64,000 nucleotides of DNA from an archaeon (GTDB lineage Archaea; EX4484-52; WAPT01). Shown one piece after another: positions 19,611 to 29,341 of the stretch. The notes under the pieces are model-generated. The model saw nothing but the letters and a program-made list of their open reading frames with translations, ran no database searches and was not told where the DNA came from. Position numbers and translations under genes: made by a program. Location: NCBI GenBank assembly GCA_029258795.1, contig JAPDKB010000004.1, forward strand, positions 1-64,000, in the 5' to 3' direction. Positions within the stretch are counted from its first letter, which is position 1, and the number at the start of each line of letters is the position of its first letter.

Positions 19611-20343
19611 TCAATCCAATGTTTTCAATCGTTTTATCATCACTTCAACATCTTTTATTTTAGAAATAATGACTGGGATTTTCTCAACTTCAGCTATCCT
19701 TCTACCAATATTATCTAAATCGTCAATTTCATGAAATACAACCACACCCGGCCTCAAGTTAGTAACTTTTATTGCTATAAACGGTGACCTTCCATGGGAA
19801 ATGTTGGTGAAGATGAGTGCTCTTTCCGTTGTTAGACCATACATCTTAACCAACTCCGCTGGAGAAAGTTCTATTATGGCGCGTACAGAATCAATAATAG
19901 TGTATCCAAAAATATACTTCTCTATATCTTCACCCACAACGATTTCTCCATCAATAACTTTGGCGAATTCCTTAAGTGGTATTGGTTTTTCAAATTCCTT
20001 CATACTGAGTATGACATCACTTATCTTCTCCTCTGGGAAGAGGGAAGAGTATTCTTTTATTATCTCACCACCTCTTCTTTCATCAATCTCAAGCATGGCG
20101 GTAACCAACTTCTTTATGAACTTCACTCCAGGGGATTTCCTTCTACCACTTTCATAATCAGAAATCACAGAAGGCATGATATTTAGTTCTTGCGCGAGCT
20201 TTCTCTGTGGGATTTTGAAGATACTGCGCCATTTCTGTATCACAACACCAGGATCATTGGAGAGAACAATCTCCCCGGCTATTTGTATTGAGAGCATTTT
20301 TTTTGCCTTTTCGAAGGGTGTGTAGTTCTCCAAAACATCCATA
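19611..20343 (-). CDS. XRE-HTH transcriptional regulator with DRTGG-like C-terminal domain (COG1709-like)
   Basis: IAGEIVLS, SVISDYESGRRKSPG, ERALIFTNISHGRSP. Confidence 0.85.
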
Positions 20344-20405
20344 CCAATCAAAATATTATAATGTGAGCACACTATTTAAAAATTTGTTTACCATCTCGTA
20401 TTCAC

Positions 20406-20585
20406 ATGGGGTTCAGAGCGTATTTGAGAGATATTCTTGTGTTTTACACAGCCATCCATACCTACAGCTTGGCGATCAACTCCAAAGAAATTGATGTTAA
20501 ATTGATAATAACTATAACACTTCTTTTCATCATAACTCTCTGGTTTTTGCTGGAGCGTGTAGGCATCCTCCCCAAAATCGGCTGA
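20406..20585 (+). CDS. Small 59-aa membrane protein (below ORF-track cutoff)
   Basis: Manual translation MGFRAYLRDILVFYTAIHTYSLAINSKEIDVKLIITITLLFIITLWFLLERVGILPKIG; TATA tttaaaaa about 25 nt upstream; stop abuts the hjc stop. Confidence 0.65.
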   Translation: MGFRAYLRDILVFYTAIHTYSLAINSKEIDVKLIITITLLFIITLWFLLERVGILPKIG

Positions 20586-20587
20586 GA

Positions 20588-20935
20588 TCAACTAAACTTA
20601 TTTTCAAGTTTTTCAAAATCAATCACGAAACTCTCCCCTAGCTCCTCCATATCATCTAGAGTTACGAAGAAAAACCCTTTATTTTTCTTTTTTACAAGAA
20701 AAAACGGCTTAGCATTAAACATATCCGCCACAAATAATAGGTTTTTCACCTCATCTTTAGATATGTAAAGTTTGTTTTTTGAGGTGTATTTACACTCTAT
20801 CACCAACACTTCATAACCCTTTCCAGCAATTATGTCTGGTTTTTTACTTCCAGCAGAACGTATAACATAATATCCCCGCTCTTCCAGAAACTTCCTGACC
20901 TCCCACTCAAACTTGTAACCCTTTCTGTAAGACAT
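20588..20935 (-). CDS. hjc: Holliday junction resolvase Hjc
   Basis: YRKGYKFE, RSAGS..PDIIA, IECK PD-(D/E)xK motif. Confidence 0.9.
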   Translation of the reverse strand: MSYRKGYKFEWEVRKFLEERGYYVIRSAGSKKPDIIAGKGYEVLVIECKYTSKNKLYISKDEVKNLLFVADMFNAKPFFLVKKKNKGFFFVTLDDMEELGESFVIDFEKLENKFS

Positions 20936-21000
20936 TATGTTGCACCAAAAACCATAATTTATTAATAGATTATGCTGCTCATGAGTTATTAAAACTTTGT

Positions 21001-21567
21001 ATGGTGGTGGGTATGTTTAGAGAGTATAAAGTTAAAGACATCATGGATAAGGATTTTGTTAAAGTCAAACCAGACGACACCATAATGGATGTTGCCAAAA
21101 AAATGAAAAAAGCAAAAGCGTCTGAAGCAATCGTGGTTGATGGAAAGGAAGTGATGGGGATCGTGACATTACGTGACATAGTTTATGGAATGGCTGCTGG
21201 CAAAAAACTGGAGGATGAAGTGCTGGAAGTGATGAGCTCTGAGCTCATCGTGGGAGAGGAAGGCGAAAGCGTGATGGATGCGCTCAAAAAAATGAGGAAA
21301 TACAACATAGGAAGGTTGCCGGTCATTGACAAGAACAATAAACTAATTGGTATAATTACAGAAAAGACGATAATAAACACATTCCCTTCCATTTTAGAAG
21401 TGATGGAGGAAGAAGCCAAAATCAATGAGGGTGGTGAAGAAAGCGCTTCCCAAGAAGAAGAGATAATGGAAGGAGTGTGTGAGAGCTGCGGAAATTATTC
21501 AGAAACGCTGCGCAACAAGGACGGATCTTGGTTGTGTGAGGAATGTTACAAAGAGGAAGGTGATTAA
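21001..21567 (+). CDS. CBS-pair protein with C-terminal Zn ribbon
   Basis: Two CBS repeats (GIVTLRD, GRLPV...GIITE) and GVCESCG...LCEEC. Confidence 0.9.
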   Translation: MVVGMFREYKVKDIMDKDFVKVKPDDTIMDVAKKMKKAKASEAIVVDGKEVMGIVTLRDIVYGMAAGKKLEDEVLEVMSSELIVGEEGESVMDALKKMRKYNIGRLPVIDKNNKLIGIITEKTIINTFPSILEVMEEEAKINEGGEESASQEEEIMEGVCESCGNYSETLRNKDGSWLCEECYKEEGD

Positions 21568-21605
21568 AAGTAATTAATTTAAAAGTCCAGCAACAATTTT
21601 CAGCA

Positions 21606-21677
21606 GGCCCACACCCGTCAGCAGCCAGAGCAAAGCCTCTGGCTTGCGATGAAGTGCTGTGTTACGTGTGGGCCACA
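21606..21677 (+). ncRNA. H/ACA pseudouridylation guide sRNA, predicted target 23S rRNA helix 69 (U1915 equivalent)
   Basis: 9-bp basal stem ggcccacac/gtgtgggcc immediately followed by ACA; pocket strands ccgtca and gttac fit GUAAC-U-N-UGACGG; 14 nt from pocket top to ACA; box-C-like cgatga. Confidence 0.75.
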
Positions 21678-21682
21678 CTCCT

Positions 21683-21778
21683 CCAACCCAGAAGCATCAT
21701 GCTCACCATCATCACACACCACTATAAGGGAAAACGCGGTGTGAAGGGAAAATAGTAATCTTACTGCTTCTGGGTTGG
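21683..21778. other. Long stem-loop with 14-bp perfect terminal inverted repeat; possible second sRNA
   Basis: ccaacccagaagca / tgcttctgggttgg plus an inner hairpin. Confidence 0.5.
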
Positions 21779-21824
21779 GTGTTTAGCAAACTATAGAAAA
21801 TCTTAACACTGAGGTGATGTTCAT

Positions 21825-23075
21825 ATGGCAAAACTGGCTCAAACATCTGTGAAGTATTTGGTGAAGGCTAAATTCGAAGCTTCGGGGTATGTGGAGAGGC
21901 CTGATGTTATAGGTGCTATATTTGGACAGACAGAGGGGTTGCTTGGTCCCGAACTCGATTTGAGGGAGCTGCAACGCACCGGTAGAATGGGAAGGATAGA
22001 GGTCGAGATAAATTATGATAAAGGAAAGTCGACAGGAGTGATAATCATTCCAACAAGCCTGGATATAACAGAAACGGTGCTGATAGCAGCTTCTCTGGAA
22101 ACCATAGAGAGGATAGGACCCTGCAACGCTAAAATACGCGTCACCAGTGTGGAGGATTTGAGGACTGTGAAAAGAAAATACATAATAGATAGAGCTAAAG
22201 AACTATTACAACAAGCACTCTCTCAAATACCCGAACCATCTCAAATAACAGAAGACCTCATGCAATCGGTGAGAGCCAACGAGATAACCGAGTACAGAGG
22301 GCTCCCTGCAGGACCCGCTGTTTTGGAATCAGATAAGATAATTGTGGTTGAGGGAAGGGCTGATGTCATAAACCTCCTGAAACACGGTATAAGAAATGCA
22401 ATAGCGATAGAGGGAACGAGCGTACCGGAAGCCATAGTGGAACTATCCAAACAGAAAGAAGTCACAGCGCTTTTGGATGGAGATCGGGGTGGTGATCTAA
22501 TATTGAAAGAACTTCTCACAAAAGCGGACATAGATTACGTTGCCAGAGCCCCCAGAGGCAAGGAGGTGGAGGAACTCACAAGAAAAGAACTGTACAAATG
22601 TTTGAGAGAGGCGATTCCAGCAGAAGAGGTCAGAAACCAGTTACACATAGAACAGGAGGGAATTTTTACACCTGAACCCAAAAGATACGAGAAGCTCGTG
22701 AAGGAAGATATTGGGGAAAGAAGAGCCGAGAGAAAGAGAAAGGATGAAGGAGAAAAGAGAAAAACAGAGAAGAAGGAAGAGGTAGTCAGCAAAGAAACCA
22801 AAGAGCTCTTTAAAAAAGAGATGGAAGAGATTTTGGGTACGAGAGCGGCATCAATATTCAACGATAAGATGGAGTTCGTGGGCAGGGTTCCGATAAAAGA
22901 GCTGGAAAAGGCGCTCACACAGGTTGAGAATGCGAGGGCAGTGGTTATAGATGGAGATATCACAGATGATATTCTTAAAATAGGAAAGAAAGGAATAACC
23001 ATCATCGTGGGCAGAGAGGTCAAAACAAAAAGGAAGACACCAACTTTACTGCTGGGACAGAAGGATCTGGAATGA
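21825..23075 (+). CDS. dnaG: Archaeal DnaG (TOPRIM; exosome-associated)
   Basis: DVIGAIFGQTEGLLG, VVEGRADV, DGDRGG. Confidence 0.97.
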   Translation: MAKLAQTSVKYLVKAKFEASGYVERPDVIGAIFGQTEGLLGPELDLRELQRTGRMGRIEVEINYDKGKSTGVIIIPTSLDITETVLIAASLETIERIGPCNAKIRVTSVEDLRTVKRKYIIDRAKELLQQALSQIPEPSQITEDLMQSVRANEITEYRGLPAGPAVLESDKIIVVEGRADVINLLKHGIRNAIAIEGTSVPEAIVELSKQKEVTALLDGDRGGDLILKELLTKADIDYVARAPRGKEVEELTRKELYKCLREAIPAEEVRNQLHIEQEGIFTPEPKRYEKLVKEDIGERRAERKRKDEGEKRKTEKKEEVVSKETKELFKKEMEEILGTRAASIFNDKMEFVGRVPIKELEKALTQVENARAVVIDGDITDDILKIGKKGITIIVGREVKTKRKTPTLLLGQKDLE

Positions 23076-23080
23076 TTCAA

Positions 23081-24124
23081 TCATTTCAGCGAGAAAAGTG
23101 GTGTGGCTTTGCTCTTCCCAATCAGAAACATCCATTCAACACGAACACCAAACTTACCTTTGAAATAGGCAGCGGGCTCCACAGCAACGACCATATTTTT
23201 CTTGAGGTTGCCGCCTTCCTTAATCAGGGTTGGCGCTTCGTGAACCTCAAGTCCAACACCGTGCCCAAGCGCGTGAAAGTTATGGTATGCTTCTTCCCCA
23301 AACCCACACTCTTTCATCAAGCTTTCAGCATGCTCGCAAAGAGATTTGATCGGCACACCTTCCTTGGCAATTCTTCCCACACTCTCAACCACATGAATTA
23401 AAGAGCTCTTAATCTTCTCAACCTTTTCATCAAGCACAAAAGTGGTGGTGGCATCACTGCAATACCTATCCACCACAACTCCCAAATCGAAAAGCGCAAC
23501 TTTTTTGCAAGTTCTGCCATCCATCTTGCCATGTATGATTGCGCTATTCTCATCATAACACACCAGCGGATTGAAAGCGGGCTCAACCTTCTGCTCTGCC
23601 ATCCATCTCTTTATGGTGTAATAAGCATCCTTATCCTTATACTCCCATAATCGCTCCATTTCAACACTTTTGAAAATTTTTTCAAGGGCTTTACACGCTT
23701 TCTTTATTTTTTTGATCTCACCTTCATCTTTAACCGCTCTTAATTCAGAGAGAATGGGGTTGATGTCAGCACACTTTTTCACACCAAACTTTTTCTTCAC
23801 TTCCATAAACCTGCCGTGGCTCATCGAAAAATCGAGTCCCACAATTTTTGCGCTTTTTACAATCCTCTTTATTGTTTCTAAGCCATCTTTACCCCATCTT
23901 CTGACTTCCCATGGAAAGGATGCTGGCACAGCATCTTCACTTGTGCAAAACAGAACAACGCTATCGCTAGCATAATCCACAAGAAGAGCAGAGTTGAAAT
24001 CAACAGTGTTCGTTAGATAGAACATGTTTGCATCAAAATCATTTGCCAGCAGCACAGCACACTCAATCCCTTTTTCACGCATCTCTGCCATGAATTTTTC
24101 CATTCTGGTTTTTAGGAAATTCAT
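23081..24124 (-). CDS. M24 Xaa-Pro aminopeptidase/prolidase
   Basis: LRAVKDEGEI, DLG...YCSD, HALGHGVGLEVHE, VEP, GVRVE. Confidence 0.92.
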   Translation of the reverse strand: MNFLKTRMEKFMAEMREKGIECAVLLANDFDANMFYLTNTVDFNSALLVDYASDSVVLFCTSEDAVPASFPWEVRRWGKDGLETIKRIVKSAKIVGLDFSMSHGRFMEVKKKFGVKKCADINPILSELRAVKDEGEIKKIKKACKALEKIFKSVEMERLWEYKDKDAYYTIKRWMAEQKVEPAFNPLVCYDENSAIIHGKMDGRTCKKVALFDLGVVVDRYCSDATTTFVLDEKVEKIKSSLIHVVESVGRIAKEGVPIKSLCEHAESLMKECGFGEEAYHNFHALGHGVGLEVHEAPTLIKEGGNLKKNMVVAVEPAAYFKGKFGVRVEWMFLIGKSKATPLFSLK

Positions 24125-24135
24125 CCTAATTACCT

Positions 24136-25500
24136 CTACTCATGTTTTTTGAGCTCCTTCTCTATTATCCTCACCATCTCATCCAGCAAATCTTGATGAA
24201 TGAGCACATCCTTCCTACCCTCATCCTTCAATTTTTTGTAGAGTTTGTGATCAACACAATCCACAACTCTCACACCAACATTTTTGGCAGCGTCCATGAG
24301 GGCTTTATAGGAAAGGGAGTCCGGCTTCAAATATGCAAAGAAAACCTTATACCTCTTCTTCTTTTCCCTCAAATAATTTTCCAGCCTTTCTCTCGTTACT
24401 TCATAATATTCCTTCTGAATCTCCTCCGTCTCTCTCCACTCTTCCCAATCGTAGCTGGTGAACGGATACTCGTTCTCAAACTCACGGGGTATGACTCCTG
24501 CATTGGATATCATGATCTGATGAATCTTAGCGTAATCTTTTAGGCGCATCAACCTGCTTATTATTGCCCTGTGTGTTTTGGATTTGGAGTAGGGCTTTCT
24601 GTACGCACACGGTAGAAAGAGCGCGTATTTTTTAATAGAGGGTGGCTGGTAAACCTTGACTATGTAGTCGTGCCACACATTGAAGTAGGGGTGCACCAAA
24701 TATTCTTTGCCCACACCCTTCAGAAAAACACGATCCTTCTTTGGTATGCGTGGAGGGCACACATAATCATAGTAATACAGTTCAACATCTTCCATCTTCA
24801 TCCCCGTTTGCTTTAACGCTTTCCTCACGATCTCTTCAAACTCTTTTTTTGATAGCGGATGCCACCTGCCCTCCAACCACAGCCTGAAGAGTTCTGTGTT
24901 GGGCCTGGCATACGTGTTCAGTATGGCGATGCTGTCAGCATGTTCTTTACAGAAAAGCAGGGATTTGGCAAGCATTCCTGCTTGATCCTCCACAAAAGGC
25001 AAATTCACCATGATGTATGCGCGCACCCTCCCGCCAAACTTCCTTATGATTTTAGAAGCTTCAACGAACTCCTTTGTTCTGAATGGCTTGTTGATCTTTG
25101 CCATTATTTTATCATCAGCAACCTCCAGCCCTATGGCAAAACTGACCTCAACTCCCTTTTCTTTAGCATAATTTAGAAGTTCCACAACCTCCTTCTCTTT
25201 CATCACAACATGTTGTGGCAGTACCTCAACCACCACCTCCCTAATGCCCGTTTCCGCTGCAATATCTATCATCTTCGTCCTGAACTCTTTAGGTATCTGG
25301 TTTTCATCCAGAAAACTACCTGAATTGAAGAACTTAAGCACTTCAGCATCACTCACTCTTTCAACTTTTTCCCTGACCTCTTTCTCAAGCTCTTCACAGC
25401 TTTTCTTTCTACTCTCCTTCCACCCAAAAGGACAGAAAATACACCTTCCCCAAGAGCACTTACCGCTTGTCGTTATCACCACAATTTCCTTTTTCTTCAT
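24136..25500 (-). CDS. Fusion of radical-SAM RaSEA-like domain and ArcS-like (DUF5591) domain; archaeosine synthesis
   Basis: N-terminal CSWGRCIFC with FNSGSFLD and IGLE; C-terminal LPCAYRKPYSKSKTH and GVIPREFE..YPFTSYDW; divergent from tgtA. Confidence 0.8.
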   Translation of the reverse strand: MKKKEIVVITTSGKCSWGRCIFCPFGWKESRKKSCEELEKEVREKVERVSDAEVLKFFNSGSFLDENQIPKEFRTKMIDIAAETGIREVVVEVLPQHVVMKEKEVVELLNYAKEKGVEVSFAIGLEVADDKIMAKINKPFRTKEFVEASKIIRKFGGRVRAYIMVNLPFVEDQAGMLAKSLLFCKEHADSIAILNTYARPNTELFRLWLEGRWHPLSKKEFEEIVRKALKQTGMKMEDVELYYYDYVCPPRIPKKDRVFLKGVGKEYLVHPYFNVWHDYIVKVYQPPSIKKYALFLPCAYRKPYSKSKTHRAIISRLMRLKDYAKIHQIMISNAGVIPREFENEYPFTSYDWEEWRETEEIQKEYYEVTRERLENYLREKKKRYKVFFAYLKPDSLSYKALMDAAKNVGVRVVDCVDHKLYKKLKDEGRKDVLIHQDLLDEMVRIIEKELKKHE

Positions 25501-25553
25501 GCATTATCGCTTTTCACCAAACCTTTAATAATTTCCTGAGAAAAACCAACCTT

Positions 25554-27284
25554 ATGTTCGAGATAAAGGAGAGGGAAGGGCTGGCAAGAATTGGAAAGTT
25601 CAGGGTCAACGGAAAAACGCTGGAAACACCAACCATCTTTGTGGTGTACAATCCGAACATTCCAACGGTAAAGCCCGAGGAAATAAAAAAACTCGGGTTA
25701 CCTCTCATCACCAGCTCCTACATTCTGTGGAAAACAAGGAAAGAGGAGGTTGAAAAAAAAGGCCTACACAACTTTCTTAACTTCGATGGTGTGGTGATGA
25801 CGGATAGTGGAGCATTTCAAGCATTTCAGTACGGAGACGTTGACCTAACAAACGAAAGCGTCATAGAGTTCCAGAAAAGAATAGGATCTGACATAGGAGT
25901 CATTCTTGACCTAATAGTCGGGATGGAGGAGGATGTTGAAAAAGCGAGGGGTATGGTTGAGGAAACCATAAGGAGAGCAAGAGAACTCTTCGAGCTCGGA
26001 AAGGGCAAAACTTTGTGGGCCGGTCCAATTCAGGGTGGAAAACACACCGAGCTAATCAAACTTTGTGCCAGAGAAATGGAAAAAATGGATTTTGACCTTT
26101 TTTGCATAGGGAGTGTTGTTCCCGCATTGGATAATTATTGGTTTGATATCGTGGTCAACCAGATTCTCACAGCGAAACAACACTTACCCTTTAACAAGCC
26201 AGTCCACCTCTTTGGCGCGGGACATCCGATAATCTTCAGCTTGGCTGTTCTGCTCGGCATAGACCTTTTCGATAGCGCTTACTACGCTCTTGCGGCAAAA
26301 CGTGGAAAGTATCTTCTTCAGTCAGGCCAGGTTCTGGACGTTAGCTCCATGAGTGACGTTGCATGCACATGCCCGATATGCACCTCCCACTCCATAAAAG
26401 AGTTTGGAGAGAAGGAGCTTGCGCTTCACAACCTTCACGTTATAGCTGAAGAGATGAAGACGATCAAGCAGGCGATACGTGAAGAGAGGTTGTGGGAGCT
26501 CGTGGAACAGAGGATAAGAGCACACCCCTCAATGGTAAAAGCATACGTGGAGTTAAGAAACTACAAAAAGTTCTTGGATAAGTTTGAACCTGCATCACGA
26601 AAACGCGGAACCTTCTATTTCGATAGGCTTAGCGAGATAAGACCTGTTTTCAGAGTGGCAGCCTCTCGTTTAAAACGGGTGGAAAGCAAAAAGAAGTTCA
26701 GATGGCTAAGGTGGGATGTGCCAGCAGAACTTAAACACACCTATCCGTTCGGACAGACGGTGTTCCCCCACACGATGATAGGGAAGGATGATGAAGCTAA
26801 AGCCATATCCCAGACAGAAGCCAGAAACATTGTGGTAAAAATTGTGCAATACCAATATGGAATTGATACCACATCCATTCTCAATTCTGAAGATGTGAAT
26901 GTGGAGATCTCAAAATCAACAGGTAGGATAAGGAGGGTTTACAAATCCTCCAAATTGCTGGGCACGATAAGAGCTCAGGACGGACTCTTCATCCCAACAC
27001 TCGAATTTTTCAAACTGACCAAAGAGTTGTTCAACAACACCTATTCGATATGGGTTGATAAAGAAGCCGAAGAGTTCGTGAAATCAGGCAGGAATGTCTT
27101 TGCAAAGTTTGTGGTGAAAGCATCCTCAAACATAAGGGTCGGGGATGAAGTCATGGTGCTGAACAAAAATGACGAGCTGATAGCTTGCGGCACAGCTCTG
27201 ATGACTCCCTTAGAAATGTCACAGTTCAAAAGAGGCGCTGCCGTTAACGTCAGGGATTACCTTCACAAGGATAGAGCTTCTTGA
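25554..27284 (+). CDS. tgtA: Archaeosine tRNA-guanine(15) transglycosylase with PUA domain
   Basis: MTDSGAFQ, PIQGG, PVHLFGAGHP, DLFDSA, CTCPIC Zn site, C-terminal PUA; start at MFEIKER. Confidence 0.95.
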   Translation: MFEIKEREGLARIGKFRVNGKTLETPTIFVVYNPNIPTVKPEEIKKLGLPLITSSYILWKTRKEEVEKKGLHNFLNFDGVVMTDSGAFQAFQYGDVDLTNESVIEFQKRIGSDIGVILDLIVGMEEDVEKARGMVEETIRRARELFELGKGKTLWAGPIQGGKHTELIKLCAREMEKMDFDLFCIGSVVPALDNYWFDIVVNQILTAKQHLPFNKPVHLFGAGHPIIFSLAVLLGIDLFDSAYYALAAKRGKYLLQSGQVLDVSSMSDVACTCPICTSHSIKEFGEKELALHNLHVIAEEMKTIKQAIREERLWELVEQRIRAHPSMVKAYVELRNYKKFLDKFEPASRKRGTFYFDRLSEIRPVFRVAASRLKRVESKKKFRWLRWDVPAELKHTYPFGQTVFPHTMIGKDDEAKAISQTEARNIVVKIVQYQYGIDTTSILNSEDVNVEISKSTGRIRRVYKSSKLLGTIRAQDGLFIPTLEFFKLTKELFNNTYSIWVDKEAEEFVKSGRNVFAKFVVKASSNIRVGDEVMVLNKNDELIACGTALMTPLEMSQFKRGAAVNVRDYLHKDRAS

Positions 27285-27606
27285 TTATCATCTCCCCATC
27301 ATAACTCACTTCTCCTTCTGCACAAATACAAACTACATCCATATTGCCTGCATCCACTTTTGAAAAAACAACACCTTCCAAACAGCGCGAACCATTACCG
27401 AAAAACACGATTCTTGAATATCTCGAATAAGCATAAACTTTTGCTTCACCACACACCTTTATGTAATTCTCTCTGCGCTCCTCAGCGAGATCACATGGCT
27501 TCATAACCTCAACTTTCATGAATTCACCAACCAGAACGAGCATCACACATAAAATAAGGAAGATGATCACGATGGTTTTATCCGTGAAGTTCACGTTAAC
27601 CTTCAC
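27250..27606 (-). CDS. Small membrane-anchored protein, probable OB-fold
   Basis: N-terminal hydrophobic helix, then beta-rich IKVCG...EGEV..YDG; overlaps the thpR stop. Confidence 0.55.
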   Translation of the reverse strand: MKVNVNFTDKTIVIIFLILCVMLVLVGEFMKVEVMKPCDLAEERRENYIKVCGEAKVYAYSRYSRIVFFGNGSRCLEGVVFSKVDAGNMDVVCICAEGEVSYDGEMIIKKLYPCEGNP

Positions 27607-28183
27607 GTTTATCTACCTGCCCACCCAATTTGTATTCGTGGAGTTTAACGTAAACCGGACCATCGTGCTTCAAAATGCTTTCGTAAAGCGAAGCGTTGTT
27701 TATAGTGAATTTGAGCTTCGGTATCTCAACCCCCTTAATTAGTTCAGCTAACTTTTCCCTATCATTAACGCTTTTCACTCTCGCCAAAGTTATGTGAGGT
27801 ATGTAACTTCTTTCTTTACTGAACCCCAATTTGGTCATGTTCACGTCAACTTCACGCATCAACTCTTCAATCATGTTATTCGATTCTATGCCTATCCAGA
27901 CAACTCTCACGTACTTTTCATTAGGGAACACTCCGAGCTTTGCGTGAAGTTCACATGAAATTTCACGTTTATTTGAGAATAGGGTTGTTAGTTCTTCATG
28001 AATCTTTAGGATGCTGCTCTCACCCACGTTGCCCAGAAATTTCAGGGTTACGTGCATGTTGTCTTTTTTCACGAACTTCACGTTTCCTACACGATTAACT
28101 TCACGTGTAAAATTTCTTACAGCACCCACAATGCTCTCCTTCACATCCTCCGGAATATCCAGAGCTATGAAGCACCTCTTCAT
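27596..28183 (-). CDS. thpR: RNA 2',3'-cyclic phosphodiesterase (2H family)
   Basis: RCFIA, HVTLKFLG and PHITLARVK 2H motifs. Confidence 0.95.
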   Translation of the reverse strand: MKRCFIALDIPEDVKESIVGAVRNFTREVNRVGNVKFVKKDNMHVTLKFLGNVGESSILKIHEELTTLFSNKREISCELHAKLGVFPNEKYVRVVWIGIESNNMIEELMREVDVNMTKLGFSKERSYIPHITLARVKSVNDREKLAELIKGVEIPKLKFTINNASLYESILKHDGPVYVKLHEYKLGGQVDKREG

Positions 28184-28273
28184 GAACAGAGCAAAACCTT
28201 TTCAAAAATTTAAATCTTTCTGCTGCTTAATATCCATACTTCTACCTTTACGTGAACTTAACATTAACTTCAG

Positions 28274-29341
28274 GTGAAATTCATGAGTGATGCTAGGGCA
28301 TCATGGTACTCTCGGTTTGGGTGGAGCAGGAACCCATTCACTCTTGAGATAAAACCCCATCTTTTCGTGGGTCACAGGAAGGAGATAGAGGAGCTCGTTT
28401 CTGCCATAAACGATGGTGAGAAGTTCATCTTGGTCACAGGACCCACAGGAGCGGGCAAAACAACACTGTTGAAATGGTTGAGCACACAGCATTTCTCCCT
28501 TTATTTTCCCAAACCCCCCTCAAACAAAGACGAGCTGGTTGATGTGTTCAGGGAGAATGTTCTTAAACCATCCTTATTGGAGAGGATTTTCAGAAAAAAC
28601 ACGCTGAACATATACAACCTTCCGGAGAAATTCATGAAGAAACACAAGAACAAGAAGTTTCTCTTGCTGGTGGACGAAGCTCACGAATCCGAAGTCTCCA
28701 TAATGGAATGGTTGAGGAGCATAGGCGATCAGATAGATAATTGCGTTACAATCTTCGCAGGACTACCAAAACTCAGAGAAACAACACTGAAACAACTCGA
28801 AACCCTGAACCAGCGATTCACGATGGAGATGGAACTCAGCACCTTGACCAAAGATGAGATGATAGAGCTTGTGCGCAAAAGGATAGAGGATGCGGGTGGT
28901 AAAGGAATCGAACCGTTCACTTATGAGGCGCTCGAGCTAATTTACAAACACACAGGTGGATTTCCGAGAGAAGTTCTTAAACTATGTAATCAATTGATAA
29001 ATGAGGCGATAAAGCGCAACTCATATGTCATAGATGGGAGCTTCTTCAAGTTTGATGCTGAGGAGGAAGAGAAGATAAACCCGTCTTTGGAACTTGAAAG
29101 CTTGACCGACAAACAGAGAGAAATTGTGGAGCTCATAGCAAGAAATGATGGATTAACACCGACAGACATAGTTGAGATGATAGACACCACATCTTACAAA
29201 ACCAAGATGCACGCTTTACGTGCCGTAAACAACATTCTCAGGCGGCTGGAGAGAGATGGGATGGTGGTGAGGAGAAAAAAGGGCAGGACTTATGTGTACG
29301 AGGTGACACCAAAAATAAAGAGTTTGTTTGTCGAATCGTGA
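28274..29341 (+). CDS. AAA+ ATPase (ExeA/GspA-like) with C-terminal winged-helix domain
   Basis: NPF N-terminal motif, GPTGAGKTT, LLVDEAH, TGGFPREV, C-terminal LRRLERDGMV...Y wHTH. Confidence 0.8.
   Translation: MKFMSDARASWYSRFGWSRNPFTLEIKPHLFVGHRKEIEELVSAINDGEKFILVTGPTGAGKTTLLKWLSTQHFSLYFPKPPSNKDELVDVFRENVLKPSLLERIFRKNTLNIYNLPEKFMKKHKNKKFLLLVDEAHESEVSIMEWLRSIGDQIDNCVTIFAGLPKLRETTLKQLETLNQRFTMEMELSTLTKDEMIELVRKRIEDAGGKGIEPFTYEALELIYKHTGGFPREVLKLCNQLINEAIKRNSYVIDGSFFKFDAEEEEKINPSLELESLTDKQREIVELIARNDGLTPTDIVEMIDTTSYKTKMHALRAVNNILRRLERDGMVVRRKKGRTYVYEVTPKIKSLFVES

Noticed and set aside
20388-20591. 67-aa minus-strand ORF downstream of hjc
   Set aside because: Shadow of the more plausible + strand 59-aa membrane ORF
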